64,000 bases of DNA from an uncultured Chloroflexia bacterium. Its GTDB lineage: Bacteria > Chloroflexota > Limnocylindria > Limnocylindrales > CSP1-4. Position 1 is the stretch's first letter. Each line of letters opens with the position of its first letter. The stretch spans positions 736,001 through 800,000 of the forward strand of contig CAVVYR010000006.1 in the NCBI GenBank assembly GCA_963752475.1. The letters run 5' to 3'. Shown piece by piece: positions 1-11,146 of this stretch. A model generated the notes under the pieces. That model did no database searches, was not told where the DNA came from, and worked only from the letters and a program-made list of their open reading frames with translations. A program made the position numbers and the translations under genes.

Positions 1-7
1 TCAAGGT

Positions 8-971
8 ATGCGCACCACCAGAATCCGCCATGTGCTGGCCGTGGTCACCGCGGCTGCGGTGCTCGCGAGCGATGACCGCCGCCACCGTGGCCTCCCCCGC
101 GTCCGCGGCCAAGCCCCGCTGCCAGGGCAAGGTCGCCACCATCGTGGGTACCCGCAAGGCCGACAAGCTCGTCGGCACCGCCAAGCGCGACGTCATCGTG
201 GCCAAGGGTGGCGCCGACCGCATCTACGGCCGCGGTGGCAACGACCTCATCTGCGCCGGCACGGGCAACGACCTCGTCGTCGGTGGCCCCGGCGCCGACG
301 TCCTCTGGGGCCAGCTCGGCAACGACCGCCTCCACGGCGGCCCCGGTCCCGACTTCATCGCGGGCCAGGTGGGCAACGACACGCTCAACGGCGGCCTCGG
401 CGTGGACAAGTGCTTCCAGGGCACCGGTTCCGGGCCCTGGGTCAACTGCGAGATCCCGGTGCCCATCCCACCCGAGCCCCCGACGCTCGTCATCGCCTAC
501 GCCGACGTCAACACCAACCACGTCTACGATGCGGGCGACGTGATGATCGCCAAGATCGTCGACACCAACGGGGACGGTGCCGTCACCGTGGGTGACATCA
601 TCAAGATGGGCCAGTACCCCGTGAGTCCTGCGATCATCACCCCCGCCGTGCTCCGTGGGCCCTTCCAGGACTGGAAGGTCAAGCAGCACGTGGTGACGTC
701 GGTAGGCGTCGAGGCGGACCCGGACTACGTCGAGGTCATGAGCGGCGCGGGACTGGAGCACATCTGGACCCGGGTCGGCGCCACGTATGACGACATCTAC
801 CAGGAGGAGGACGGGGTCGACACCTCCGCCCTCATCGACGACTTGGATTCCGGCAGCGGAGACGTGATCGTGACCGAGGCCACGCAGAGCCAGCCCACGA
901 CCGAGCTGGTCGCGGTCTGGGACTTCGGCGACGACGGCTTCCTCGATGTCGACTTCGCCCCTGGGGTGTAG
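8..971 (+). CDS. Secreted calcium-binding protein with hemolysin-type (RTX, GGxGxD) repeats; frameshift near 70
   Basis: ATG at 8 gives a signal-peptide-like MRTTRIRHVLAVVTAAAVLAS that continues in the 30..971 frame (AMTAATVASPASA-AKPRCQGKVATIVGT). It is followed by nonapeptide repeats (GRGGND, AGTGND, GGPGAD, GQLGND, GGPGPD, GQVGND, GGLGVD) and an acidic C-terminal region. Confidence 0.8.
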
Positions 972-1011
972 GGCCTGACGGGCTGGCGTCGTCCTTCAAG
1001 GATCGAAGAGA

Positions 1012-1037
1012 AGGCCCGCCCGCCGAAGGGCGGGCCT
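1012..1037. terminator. GC-rich stem-loop downstream of the RTX-repeat gene
   Basis: AGGCCCGCCC-GCCGAA-GGGCGGGCCT, perfect 10-bp stem; no U-tract on the + strand. Confidence 0.5.
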
Positions 1038-1133
1038 CGGCCGGTCCGTCTCAGGGGATCGGGGCTTGAAGACTCAGGCTCACCCGTGTCCGATACGCTA
1101 GGTGCTCACCGACCTGACACCGCCGAGGTATCC

Positions 1134-1640
1134 ATGACCGTCCTTGCCGACTACACCGACGAAGAGCAGGAGTTGCTCCGCTCAGCCATCCGATCAGCCG
1201 CGGTGGCGGTCTCGGCGGCGAGTCCCGGGCGCAAGGAAGAGACCGTCAGCGAGGGCTTCGCTGCGGCCGACTACATCCTCAAGAGCCAGCCGGACTTCGT
1301 CGGCAACACGCTCGTGACCTCGATCCTTGTGTGGCTGCAGGCGCAACTGGAGACTGACCACGTGTTCGCGGACTACCTCGCGGTGGCGTCGGCGCCTGGG
1401 GCGCTCGACGAGTCGATGATCGTGCTCGGGCGCGTCGTGCGGCTCCTCGATGAGAAGGCCACCGCAGAGGAGGCCGCCGGCTTCAAGGCCTGGCTGCTGG
1501 CCATCGCCGTGACCGTCGCGCAGGCAGGCAAGGAGGACCAGGGTTTCCTGGGCCGTGGCGGAGTGGTGGTGAATGACGCCGAGCGGTCGGCTTTGGGCTC
1601 GATCGCAACCACGCTCGGGTTGGAGCCGCCCTCGGTCTAG
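1134..1640 (+). CDS. Hypothetical protein (helical, C-terminal GFLGxGG motif)
   Basis: ORF 1086..1640; ATG at 1134 preceded by GAGGT; GC3-rich codon usage. Confidence 0.7.
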   Translation: MTVLADYTDEEQELLRSAIRSAAVAVSAASPGRKEETVSEGFAAADYILKSQPDFVGNTLVTSILVWLQAQLETDHVFADYLAVASAPGALDESMIVLGRVVRLLDEKATAEEAAGFKAWLLAIAVTVAQAGKEDQGFLGRGGVVVNDAERSALGSIATTLGLEPPSV

Positions 1641-3652
1641 GCCGTCTTCACCCGGCACTCGTCGAGGATGGCCTTGGCTCGTCCCGCCAGCTCGGACCCG
1701 TCGGCCTCGATGGCGTCGATGGCGTCGTAGTAGGCGTTCCAGGCCTGCCGCTCCTCGGCCAGCGCCAGCTGCACCATGCGGGGATCGCCATCGGTCGCCA
1801 ACGCATCGGTCACTCGCTGGGCCGCGAGGGTGGCGTACTCGCGCGCATCGTCGACCTTGCCTGAGCCGAAGAGCCGCAGGGTACGCAGCGCCACCCGCAA
1901 GACGACCAGGGTCTTCGGTGTCGCCGACGCGAAACAGCCGGTGAATGGGTCGAGCAGTCGGTGGCTCTCGGCCTCGTCGATCCCCGTGCGGGCCAGTGCC
2001 GACACATAGGCCGAGAAGACGAGGATGCGGACGTCGTCACCGATGAGCTTGCCGATCTTGGCCGCTTCCATCGACTGGTTTGCGAAGGCCTCCTTGTCGT
2101 GCCGCATGATGAGGCCTGCGGCATGCGCGTATGCCAGTCGAGGTCCGGCCTGGCCCAGAGCTGACAGGAGATAGGCCTGGTCCTCTGCGCGGCCGACCCA
2201 GGTCGGTGTGAACGGACGATGCTTCCGAAGCGCGTCGATACGGATGCCGTTGGTGCCGCCGGTGACGTGGACCCGCTCCAGCGCCCGCGTCCGGCCGTCG
2301 ATGGAAGCTCCGTCGTAACGCTCCATCATCTCCGCTCGCGTCGAGATCGACTGCGGCAATGGACTGAAGAAGACGTGCTCGTCGAGTGCCGGCAGCCGTT
2401 CCGGGATAGGTACGTCCGGCGTGAAGAGGCCATGCCCGATGTCCCGCTCATTGACGAGGGCGCCGGCGAGCATGCCCAGTTCCAGCTCCTCTCCGTCGGC
2501 GGAGCGAGCGGTGGCGCCCCACAGCGGCGTACGCAGGTGCTCGAGCACGGTCTTGCCCGTCTCGGCCTTGAGCACGTCCTGCGGGAAGACCTGATCGAGG
2601 TCGATCTTGAAGGTGGCCCGGACCTCCGACGCGACCGAGGCCTGCCACAACGCAGCCACGGCCTTGAGGAAGCTGTAGTGGCGACCGTAGCGCCCGTCCA
2701 CGCCGACCACGCGCCGCAAGCTCACGGCGACCTCTTCGGCTGGGTCGTGGAGCGCCGGCAGCAGGACCTCGTCCACGAGACGGCGTGTCTCGTCCTCGGT
2801 GACGATGACGACCTCGAGATGCTGCAGGCCGCCGTCACGGGCCAGCTCCGCCTCGACGTACCGTCGGGCGACGCCGGCGAGACCTTCGTGGGTGACGCTC
2901 ACCGAGAGCAGACAGGTGACTCGCGCGGGCTCGTCCTCGGCAGCGATGGCGGCATCGAGACCGCGCAGTCCGTAGAGCAGCTCGTTGGCGGCGGGCTCGA
3001 CGCCGATCTGGATGGGGTGGTCGAACCAGTAGCGCTGCGGTTCGGCCGCGGCGGCTCGGATGGCCTCGCGCAGCTCGGCAGGGTAGGGCAGGGCCTCGAT
3101 GTCGGTCGACTCGTCGGGCACCGTCAGCAGCACGTTGGACGTGAACAGCACCTCTCGCGCGGGGTCTGCGATGGGCTCGGGAGCCGGTTCCTCGATCTCG
3201 ACGGTACGGTGGTGTCGCAGGGCGGAGATGTGCGTGTTCTCGTGATGGCGGATACCGACCGCCTGCGGGAACAGCGCTCGCCAGATGGCCTCGGACGCCT
3301 CTTCGCCCGTGCCTGCCGCGGCCAGGGCGTCAGCAGCCGCGTCCCACTCGCGGGCGAGCTCGGCGTCGCGCTCGAAGGCTTCCTCGAGCTCCGCGTCGAC
3401 GAGGTCGAGGGCGTCGCGGTAGAACGCCGCGACCTCGCCAGCAGCGCTCGGCGGATCCTCGAGGATGCGCTGGGCCTGAGCGTGATCCGGGAGCGACTCG
3501 CCGCCCGCCGCGATGAGGAATGCCGCCGCGACCTGTGCATGTGGGTCGGCGTCATCGCTGAGCCATCGCCCCGCGTGGAACAGCGGCAGGCCGGGCACGC
3601 TGGCGTCAGGGCCGAGGGCGCGAGAGACCAGCGTCGTCAGTCGTGCGTTCAT
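1637..3652 (-). CDS. Hypothetical 671-aa protein with GT-A-fold-like motifs
   Basis: Long ORF; ATG at 3652 preceded by GAAGGA; motifs KIDLDQ, TGGT, RAEDQ and MRHD in order. Confidence 0.8.
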   Translation of the reverse strand: MNARLTTLVSRALGPDASVPGLPLFHAGRWLSDDADPHAQVAAAFLIAAGGESLPDHAQAQRILEDPPSAAGEVAAFYRDALDLVDAELEEAFERDAELAREWDAAADALAAAGTGEEASEAIWRALFPQAVGIRHHENTHISALRHHRTVEIEEPAPEPIADPAREVLFTSNVLLTVPDESTDIEALPYPAELREAIRAAAAEPQRYWFDHPIQIGVEPAANELLYGLRGLDAAIAAEDEPARVTCLLSVSVTHEGLAGVARRYVEAELARDGGLQHLEVVIVTEDETRRLVDEVLLPALHDPAEEVAVSLRRVVGVDGRYGRHYSFLKAVAALWQASVASEVRATFKIDLDQVFPQDVLKAETGKTVLEHLRTPLWGATARSADGEELELGMLAGALVNERDIGHGLFTPDVPIPERLPALDEHVFFSPLPQSISTRAEMMERYDGASIDGRTRALERVHVTGGTNGIRIDALRKHRPFTPTWVGRAEDQAYLLSALGQAGPRLAYAHAAGLIMRHDKEAFANQSMEAAKIGKLIGDDVRILVFSAYVSALARTGIDEAESHRLLDPFTGCFASATPKTLVVLRVALRTLRLFGSGKVDDAREYATLAAQRVTDALATDGDPRMVQLALAEERQAWNAYYDAIDAIEADGSELAGRAKAILDECRVKTA

Positions 3653-3895
3653 ACGTCCTTCGGGTGGTCGGTCTCGTGGAGCGGTCCGCCCGCGGGGCGG
3701 TCGTCCCAATATGCCACGGATGACATACCGGAACCAGCGCGCTTCGGGTGCGACCAGGTCCCATCCGGCCCCGGCATGCGGAGGTCACGTGGGCTGCCAG
3801 CACGGGCAGCCGAGTGGGAGAGCCGGGCGCCCGTTGCGTCCGGCGCCCCGTTCCTTGATCGCACCTTTGCCTGCGCCTGCTACGGTGGTGTCACC

Positions 3896-4438
3896 ATGAC
3901 GCGCATATCAGTCGGTCGGTCCGTCGTCACTTCGATCGCCACAGCCACGCTGCTGCTCGCGGCCGTCGTCCTGACCAGCGTGGCCCAGGACGCCACTGAG
4001 GATCACCCTGTCGTCGGCCGTTGGTCGATCACCGCGGATGAGGTCGGCGGCGCCGTGTGGGCGTTCCAGCCCAGCGGCGCGTTGGTGGTCTCCGGTCCCG
4101 GTGACGTCCTCTCGAAAGGCACCTGGATGCCGGCGGCTGGGCCGGATGAGTTCGATGCCACGCTCAAGGTGGAGATCACCGGGCAGCAGCTCGAGATCCT
4201 GGCCCAGGTCGCACCCGATGGCACCAGCATCGCGCTCTACGCCACCGCCACCGAGGCCACGCGTCCCGATGACTGGCATCCCTGGCCGGCCGAGTCGCGT
4301 CTCGTCGGGCAGCGCTTCGGGATGATGGTCGAGGAGACGCCCGTGCCGACCGAGTCGCCGGTCGATTGCCTTCGGCCCCAGTGGATCGAAGGTGCGGTCG
4401 ACTGGGATCGCTGTGACGAGGTCACGCCCGAGCCCTAG
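3896..4438 (+). CDS. Secreted hypothetical protein
   Basis: 3' part of ORF 2219..4438; MTRISVGR...LLLAAVVLTSVAQ signal peptide, then a beta-rich domain (HPVVGRW). Confidence 0.7.
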   Translation: MTRISVGRSVVTSIATATLLLAAVVLTSVAQDATEDHPVVGRWSITADEVGGAVWAFQPSGALVVSGPGDVLSKGTWMPAAGPDEFDATLKVEITGQQLEILAQVAPDGTSIALYATATEATRPDDWHPWPAESRLVGQRFGMMVEETPVPTESPVDCLRPQWIEGAVDWDRCDEVTPEP

Positions 4439-4495
4439 GCCCGCTGGCCCCCGGCACCAAGGTCTTGCTTGCCTGTGGCTGATACCCTTGGGCAC

Positions 4496-5119
4496 ATGCC
4501 TAAATCGAATGCCCAAACCGCGGAAGACCGGCCGGCCGGCGGTGATCTGACGCGAGAGCGGCTGCTGGCCGCTACGGCATCGCTCGTGGTCGAACGCGGC
4601 TGGCGTGGTGTGACCACGCGGGCCGTGGCCGACCGGGCCGGGGTCAACCAGGCGCTGGTGCACTATCACTTCGGGTCGGTCGCCAACCTGCGGCGAGAAG
4701 CTGTCATGACGCGCCTTCAACAGGAGACGGGGCGGCTCATCGACGAGCTCCTCGACGAGCGCCCACTGCCCGAGTCCATCCACCGCGTCATGCGCCTGCT
4801 CGATCGCTTCGATCTGAGTACCGACGTCGGCGTGCTCATGGCTGAGGCGATGCTGCAGGTGACGCGCGAACCGGAGATGGCCGATGCCATGGGCGGCGTC
4901 ATGGGTTCCTGGGGCGAGATGCTCGCGCCAAGGCTGGTGGTCGCCCAGGAGCGCGGTGTGGTCCGCGACGACATCCCGGCCGAACGGCTGACCGCGGTCA
5001 TCGCCTCGTTCCTCGACGGCTTCCTCATCCAGCGCATGGCCGACCAGAGCCTCGATGCCACCGCTACCGCCGAGACGCTCATCCGTTTGCTGGAGCCACC
5101 AGGGGAGGAGAGGACATGA
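4496..5119 (+). CDS. TetR/AcrR-family transcriptional regulator
   Basis: HTH motif [43 protein letters not shown]. Confidence 0.93.
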   Translation: MPKSNAQTAEDRPAGGDLTRERLLAATASLVVERGWRGVTTRAVADRAGVNQALVHYHFGSVANLRREAVMTRLQQETGRLIDELLDERPLPESIHRVMRLLDRFDLSTDVGVLMAEAMLQVTREPEMADAMGGVMGSWGEMLAPRLVVAQERGVVRDDIPAERLTAVIASFLDGFLIQRMADQSLDATATAETLIRLLEPPGEERT

Positions 5120-5838
5120 CGACAGACGCCGCTGCACCCGTCATCCGCCTGGAGGACGTCGACAAGACCTTCGGCCAGGGCGATCTGGCGGTTCACGCCC
5201 TGCGCGATGCCTCCGTCGAGATCGAGCGCGGCCAGTTCCTGGTCGTGCTCGGACCATCGGGTTCGGGGAAGACGACGCTGATGAACCTGATCGGCGGCAT
5301 CGAGGCTGTCACGGCCGGCACCATCACCGTCGACCGACACGAGGTCAGTGGGCTCGACGAGGCCGCGCTCACCGAGTACCGCCGCACCGACGTCGGCTTC
5401 GTGTTCCAATTCTTCAACCTCATCCCGACGCTCACGGCGCTCGAGAACGTCCAGCTCGTGGGCGAGCTCGTCGGGGTCGGCGAGCGTGGTGCCACCGAGT
5501 CGCTCGAAGCCGTGGGCCTGGTCGATCGCGCCGGTCGCTTCCCGAGCCTGCTCTCGGGTGGTGAGCAGCAGCGGGTAGCCATCGCCCGGGCGCTGGTGAA
5601 GCGCCCCACGGTGCTGCTTCTCGACGAGCCTACCGGCTCGCTCGATCTGGAGACCGGCCGACAGGTGCTCGGAGCCCTGCGCCGCGCGGCCCGGAGCTTC
5701 GGCTCGACGGTCCTGCTGGTGACGCACAACTCGGCCATCGCCCGGATGGCCGACCGCGTCATCCACCTGCACTCCGGCTCGATCGTGGAGGACCGGCTCC
5801 AGCCCGATCCGGTCGACGCCTCGGAGCTGCAGTGGTGA
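5116..5838 (+). CDS. ABC transporter ATP-binding protein (LolD/MacB-like)
   Basis: Walker [17 protein letters not shown] signature, [14 protein letters not shown]; ATGA overlap with the TetR gene. Confidence 0.95.
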   Translation: MTTDAAAPVIRLEDVDKTFGQGDLAVHALRDASVEIERGQFLVVLGPSGSGKTTLMNLIGGIEAVTAGTITVDRHEVSGLDEAALTEYRRTDVGFVFQFFNLIPTLTALENVQLVGELVGVGERGATESLEAVGLVDRAGRFPSLLSGGEQQRVAIARALVKRPTVLLLDEPTGSLDLETGRQVLGALRRAARSFGSTVLLVTHNSAIARMADRVIHLHSGSIVEDRLQPDPVDASELQW

Positions 5839-8219
5839 GCCACTTGTCACGCGCGCTCTGGCGCGACATCCGCCGACGGCCAGCCCAGTTCCTCAGCGTG
5901 GCCCTGGTCATCGCGCTGGGCGTGGGCATGTTCAACGCATCCTTCGACGCGTTCCTCAACCTGACCGGCTCGTACGAGAAGCTCTACCGCGAGACCAGCT
6001 TCGCTCACGTCACCGCGGTCGGCGGCCCACGCGAGGAGGTGCTTGCCGCCGGCGACCAGATGCCGGGGCTGCGGGCCTCGACAGCTCGCACCGTGGCCGA
6101 CGTTCCATTCCTCGTCGGCGAGGACCACACGATGCTCGGTCGCGCGGTGGGCATGCAGTCGTCGGGCCAGTCGACCGTCAACGACATCCGGATCACCGTC
6201 GGCACGACCCTCGATCCGCGGACGCCGCACGGTGTGGTGGTCGAGCAGCACATGGCGGCACACTTCGATCTCGAGCCTGGTGAGGCGCTCTCCATCTCCA
6301 CGCCCGACGGTTGGGCCGAGGCGCAGGTCCTTGGCGTGGCCGCCTCGCCCGAGTACCTGTGGCCGGCCAAGAGCCGCCAGGAGGTGCTGGTCCTGCCCGA
6401 TGACTTCGGGGTCGTGTTCGCGTCGGAGTCGTTCGTGCGAGAGCTGGCACCCACGGCCCAGCGCTCGGAAGTGCTCTTCCGTCTCGCCGACGACGCGTCG
6501 GCGGAGGCCGTCGAAGACGCGCGTGCGGCCGTGCTCGCGGCCGGCGCGCTCGATGCCTTCACGCTCGACGAGCAACCCTCGAACGCCGCGCTCCAGGAGG
6601 ACGTCTCGGGATTCGCCGAGATGTCGGTGATGTTCCCAGCGTTCTTCCTCATCGCCGCCGCCTTCGCCACCTACGTGATGCTGGGGCGGATGATCTCCGG
6701 GCAGGTGGCGAACATCGGCACCATGCGCGCACTCGGCTTCCGCAGTCGCACCATCACCTGGCACTACGCTGCCATCGGCGTGGTCGTGGGTGTGGTGGCC
6801 TCGGTCGTGGGCGTGGTCATCGGAGCCCTTCTGGCTGAGGGCATCACCCGGCTGTACACCACTACCTTGAGCATCCCCGCCGCAGTCGTGGAGATCCGAC
6901 CCGCGACGGTCGCGACAGGCTTCCTCGTCGGCGTCGTCACCGGATTCCTCGCGGCCTGGTTCCCGGCCAGGCAGGCGGGTCGCATCTCGCCGGCCACGGC
7001 TATGCGCGGCCAGCTGCCTCCAGGTGGCGGGGGTGAGTCGCTGCTCGAGCGGATCATCCCGCCTTTGCGCCGGCTGCCGGTGCGTTGGCTCTCGGCCATC
7101 CGCGGCCTCGGGCGTGCACGCCGACGCAGCGTGGCGTCGGTCGTGGGCGTGATGCTGGCCACGATGCTGGTCATCGTCTCGTGGGGCTTCATCGACAGCG
7201 TGCAGGTCCTGCTCGATCGCCAGTTCGTGCAGATCCAGCACTACGACGCACAGCTGCACGTCGCCGGCCGCCCAGCGGAGCAGATCGCCACCGACGTGCG
7301 TGCTGTGGACGGTGTCACCGGGGTCGAGGAAGCGCTGGTCGTCCCGGTATCGGTGGTCGGTCCTGACGGTTCCTACACGACCACGTTGACCGCGCTCGAG
7401 CCCGAGGCCGAGATGCACGTCCTGTTGGACGCCGATGGCCGCGTTCTACCAGTGCCGGAGGAGGGCATCGTGCTCGGCCAGGCGCTCGAGGGAGCCCTCG
7501 GCGTCAAGGTCGGCGAGACGGTGGATCTGCAGATCGCCAGCCTGGGTCTGCTCGAGAGCGTGCCTGTGGCCGGCTTCGTGAAAGAGCCGCTGGGGACGAA
7601 CGCGTACACCTCACTGCCATACGCGATCGGGGCGGTGGAGGCCGCTCTTGGTGTGTCGGCGGCCGGCACCGATCCGCCGAACCTGCTGATGCTCACGTTC
7701 GCGGATGGCGTGGACGGCTCGACGATGCGCGCATCGTTGAGTGCCATCGCGGGCGTCCAGGCCTTCGTCGATTCGGACGCGCTGTACGAGCTGGTGCAGG
7801 AGTACATGGGACTGTTCTACGCCTTCGTGGGCGTGATGATCGTGCTTGGCGGCGTGCTGGCCTTCGCGCTCATCTACAACACGATGTCGGCCAACATCTC
7901 CGAGCGTCAGGGGGAGCTGGCCGTCTTGCGCACGCTCGGTCTTTCGCGGCGGGCCATCGGCTCCATGGTGACGATCCAGAACCTGTTGCTGACGATCGTG
8001 GGGCTCGTGCCGGGCCTCATCTTCGGCTGGGTCCTGGCCTGGGTCTTCATGTACGCCTTCAGTTCCGACATGTTCGCCTTCGAGCTATACGTCCGGCCGA
8101 TGACCTTCGCACTCACGTCGGTGGCCATCATCGTGGTCGGGCTGCTCTCGCAGTGGCCCGCCCTGCGCGCGGTCGGTCGGCTGGAGCTGGGGAAGATCGT
8201 GCGGGACCGTTCGTTCTGA
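5835..8219 (+). CDS. FtsX/MacB-like ABC permease (two repeats)
   Basis: Two extracytoplasmic domain + TM blocks with IGTMRALG and ELAVLRTLG motifs. Confidence 0.92.
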   Translation: MSHLSRALWRDIRRRPAQFLSVALVIALGVGMFNASFDAFLNLTGSYEKLYRETSFAHVTAVGGPREEVLAAGDQMPGLRASTARTVADVPFLVGEDHTMLGRAVGMQSSGQSTVNDIRITVGTTLDPRTPHGVVVEQHMAAHFDLEPGEALSISTPDGWAEAQVLGVAASPEYLWPAKSRQEVLVLPDDFGVVFASESFVRELAPTAQRSEVLFRLADDASAEAVEDARAAVLAAGALDAFTLDEQPSNAALQEDVSGFAEMSVMFPAFFLIAAAFATYVMLGRMISGQVANIGTMRALGFRSRTITWHYAAIGVVVGVVASVVGVVIGALLAEGITRLYTTTLSIPAAVVEIRPATVATGFLVGVVTGFLAAWFPARQAGRISPATAMRGQLPPGGGGESLLERIIPPLRRLPVRWLSAIRGLGRARRRSVASVVGVMLATMLVIVSWGFIDSVQVLLDRQFVQIQHYDAQLHVAGRPAEQIATDVRAVDGVTGVEEALVVPVSVVGPDGSYTTTLTALEPEAEMHVLLDADGRVLPVPEEGIVLGQALEGALGVKVGETVDLQIASLGLLESVPVAGFVKEPLGTNAYTSLPYAIGAVEAALGVSAAGTDPPNLLMLTFADGVDGSTMRASLSAIAGVQAFVDSDALYELVQEYMGLFYAFVGVMIVLGGVLAFALIYNTMSANISERQGELAVLRTLGLSRRAIGSMVTIQNLLLTIVGLVPGLIFGWVLAWVFMYAFSSDMFAFELYVRPMTFALTSVAIIVVGLLSQWPALRAVGRLELGKIVRDRSF

Positions 8220-8275
8220 GCGACGGTCGTCGCTTCAGCCGCTCCCTGACGTGGCCGTCGTCCTATCCTGTAGGC

Positions 8276-9001
8276 GTGAACGGGAACCGCGAGCGACCAG
8301 AGACCTCCGCCGCCGAGCAGGCGTACCTGCTGGCCATCCGCCAGTCGCGTGGTGGTGACCCGCTCAGCGCAGCCGACCTCGCGCGGCGGATGAGCGTCTC
8401 TCCGCAGGCGACGAGCGAGATGCTGCGACGCCTCTCGGGTGCCGGCCTCGTCGAGATCGGCGAGCAGCGCAACGTCTGCCTGACGACCAAGGGCAACCAG
8501 GAGGCGGACGCCATCTACCGCCGCCATGCCTTGGCCGAGTGGCTGCTGGCATCCGTGCTGGGCATCCCCTGGGCAGAGATCGATCCGGAGGCCATCCGGC
8601 TGCAGGCCCATATCTCGCCCCGTGTCGAAGCGGCCCTCGATGAGCTCCTGGGCCATCCGGAGACGTGTCCGCACGGCAACCCGATCGATGAGGCCATCGC
8701 GAGGAGACGCCCCGATGGCCTGCCGTTGAGTGACGTGGACGCGGGCGTACGAGCGACCGTCTATCGCATCACCGAGGCTGCCGAGGAAGACGGCGGGTTG
8801 GTGTCGTACCTTCAGGCGCGAGGCCTTCGGCCCGGTGCGCAGGTGACGATCCTTGCGCGTTCCGAGTCGACGGATTCCCTGACCCTCGAAGGTCCTCGCG
8901 GGCGCGCGACCCTTGGTCTGCGCCCGGCGAGACTCATCCGCGTCCTGGAGGGCGAGCCTGAGGCGGAGCTCTTCCACACGGTGCCCGACCGCGAAGCCTG
9001 A
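8276..9001 (+). CDS. DtxR/MntR-family metal-dependent regulator with C-terminal FeoA-like domain
   Basis: EQAYLLAI, HTH, RRHALAEWLL, LGHPETCPHGNPI, GLRPGAQV; GTG start 6 nt after TATCCT. Confidence 0.9.
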   Translation: MNGNRERPETSAAEQAYLLAIRQSRGGDPLSAADLARRMSVSPQATSEMLRRLSGAGLVEIGEQRNVCLTTKGNQEADAIYRRHALAEWLLASVLGIPWAEIDPEAIRLQAHISPRVEAALDELLGHPETCPHGNPIDEAIARRRPDGLPLSDVDAGVRATVYRITEAAEEDGGLVSYLQARGLRPGAQVTILARSESTDSLTLEGPRGRATLGLRPARLIRVLEGEPEAELFHTVPDREA

Positions 9002-9058
9002 GCACATCCATCCGGCCCTTCAGTGGCCTGAGCTGATCCCGAGGAAGGAGTCGACCGC

Positions 9059-10092
9059 ATGCTGGTCGTGATGTCGGTCGGAGCGACCGAGGAAGAGGTC
9101 CAGGAGGTCCGTCGCCACATCGAGGCCGATGGACTCACGCCCCACGAGAGCCGTGGCGAGCAGCGCGTGATCATCGGCGTCGTCGGCGACGTCGGACCGC
9201 GCAAGGAACAGGTCATGGCACACCTCGCCGTCCTGCCCGGGGTCGAGTCGGTCACACCCATCAGCAAGCCCTTCAAGCTGACCTCGCGTGACTTCCACCC
9301 GCAGGACACGGTCATCGAGGTGGGAAACACGACCATCGGCGGTGGCTCGCTGACGATCATGGCCGGCCCCTGCGCCATCGAGAGCCGCGACCAGCTGATG
9401 CGCACAGCCACGGCGGTCGCGGAGGCTGGCGCGACGGTGTTGCGCGGCGGTGCCTTCAAGCCTCGGACGAGCCCTTACAGCTTCCAGGGTCTGGGCATGG
9501 ATGGCGTCCGCTTCCTCGCTGAAGCCCGCGCCGAGACCGGTCTGCCGGTCATCACCGAGGTCATGGAGCCGAGCCAGATCACGCAGGTCGAGCTGCACGC
9601 GGACATCCTCCAGATCGGCGCGCGCAACATGCAGAACTTCTCGCTGCTCATGGCTGCCGGCCGCACCGGAAGCCGGTCATGCTCAAGCGCGGCATCAGCG
9701 CCACCATCGAAGAGTGGCTCATGGCGGCGGAGTACATCGTCAGCTCGGGCAATCCCAACGTGATCCTCTGTGAGCGCGGCATCCGCACGTTCGAGAAGTA
9801 CACCCGCAACACCCTCGACCTCACGGCCGTGCCGCTGCTGCACAAGCTGACGCACCTCCCGGTCGTGGTCGACCCGTCCCATGCCACGGGCCAGCGGTGG
9901 TTGGTGCCTCCGATGTCGGTGGCCGCGGTCGCCGGTGGGGCCGACGGCATCATGGTCGAGGTCCATCCCAACCCCGACGATGCGCTCTCGGATGGTCCGC
10001 AGAGCCTGACCCTGGAGATGTTCAGGGAGATGGCTCCCGTCCTGCGTCAGGTCCACTCCCAGGTGGAGCCACTCGTCAGCGTCGCGGACTGA
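9059..10092 (+). CDS. aroF: DAHP synthase (type I-beta with N-terminal regulatory domain); frameshift near 9670
   Basis: [37 protein letters not shown], then second frame [31 protein letters not shown]. One missing base restores [12 protein letters not shown]. Confidence 0.93.
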
Positions 10093-10182
10093 TCGGACAG
10101 CGCCGAACCCCGGCCCGTCCTGCATCTGGAGCGTCGCTGGCGCGAACCGTCGGTGGCGATGGGTCAGCGGAGACCATGCAGG

Positions 10183-11146
10183 CTAGTGGCCGCGCTCGCC
10201 TCTAACGTAGGGTTCGCCCAGTGCGGCCGGTGCGCCGATGCGCTTGCGGTTGGCCTCGGATGCAGCGAAGACGAGCACGAGGATGACCATCACGTACGGC
10301 AGCATGCCCAGGAAGAATGTGGCGGGCTGGTACTCATAGAAGATGTTGTAGAGACCCAGCAACGCATCCTTGCCCTGGAGGTCGAGTGCCAGCCGGAAGA
10401 TGAAGGCGACCATGTAGGCGCCGAACATCGTGCGTCCTGGCTTCCATTGGCCGAAGATGACGAGGGCCACCGCGATCCAGCCCTGGGCGATGAACGTCTT
10501 GTCCGCGTGCCAGCCAGGCACGAGCGCCATCGTCATGTAGGCGCCCGCGAGGCCGGCCAGCGCTCCGCCGAGCATCACGTAGAGGTAGCGCTGGCGGTAG
10601 ACGTTGACGCCAAGCGCATCAGCCGCGCTGGGGTTCTCGCCAACGGCGCGCAGGTGCAGGCCGGGCCGGGTGCGGAAGATCCAGATCGAGGTCAGCGGCA
10701 CCAGCAGGTAGCCGACGTAGACGAGGATCGAGTGGTCGGTGAAGAAGATGCCGCCGATGAAGCGGGATCTCGGAGAGTAGCGGAACGGTGATGACCGGCA
10801 GCAGTGGCGGGCTGCCGCTGGCGAGGCCATCGCCGAGCACCAGCGCCAAGCCGGTGCCGAGGAACGTCAACGCCAGGCCGGACACGATCTGGTTGGCCTG
10901 AAGGTGGATGGTGACGATGCCGTGGAGTCCGGCGAGTAGCGCCCCCGCGACCATGGCCAGCAGCAGTCCCAGCCAGGGGTTGACGTCCGCGCCGACCCAG
11001 AAACCGACCATGCGCGCCCAGGAACATCATGCCCTGCACGCCGAGGTTCAGGACCCCTGAGCGCTCGGCGAAGAGCTCCCCGATGGCGGCGAAGAGGAAG
11101 ACGTGCCCGCGCCGACACCGGCGGCGAGCGCGAGTTCGAGGTTCAC
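10183..11146 (-). CDS. Nucleoside/sugar ABC transporter permease (NupC-like), multiple frameshifts
   Basis: GELFAERSGVLNLG, ANQIVSGLALT, LRAVGENPSAADALGVNV, GWIAVALVIFGQW, PAALGEPY spread across frames; GTGA overlap with the upstream permease. Confidence 0.85.
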
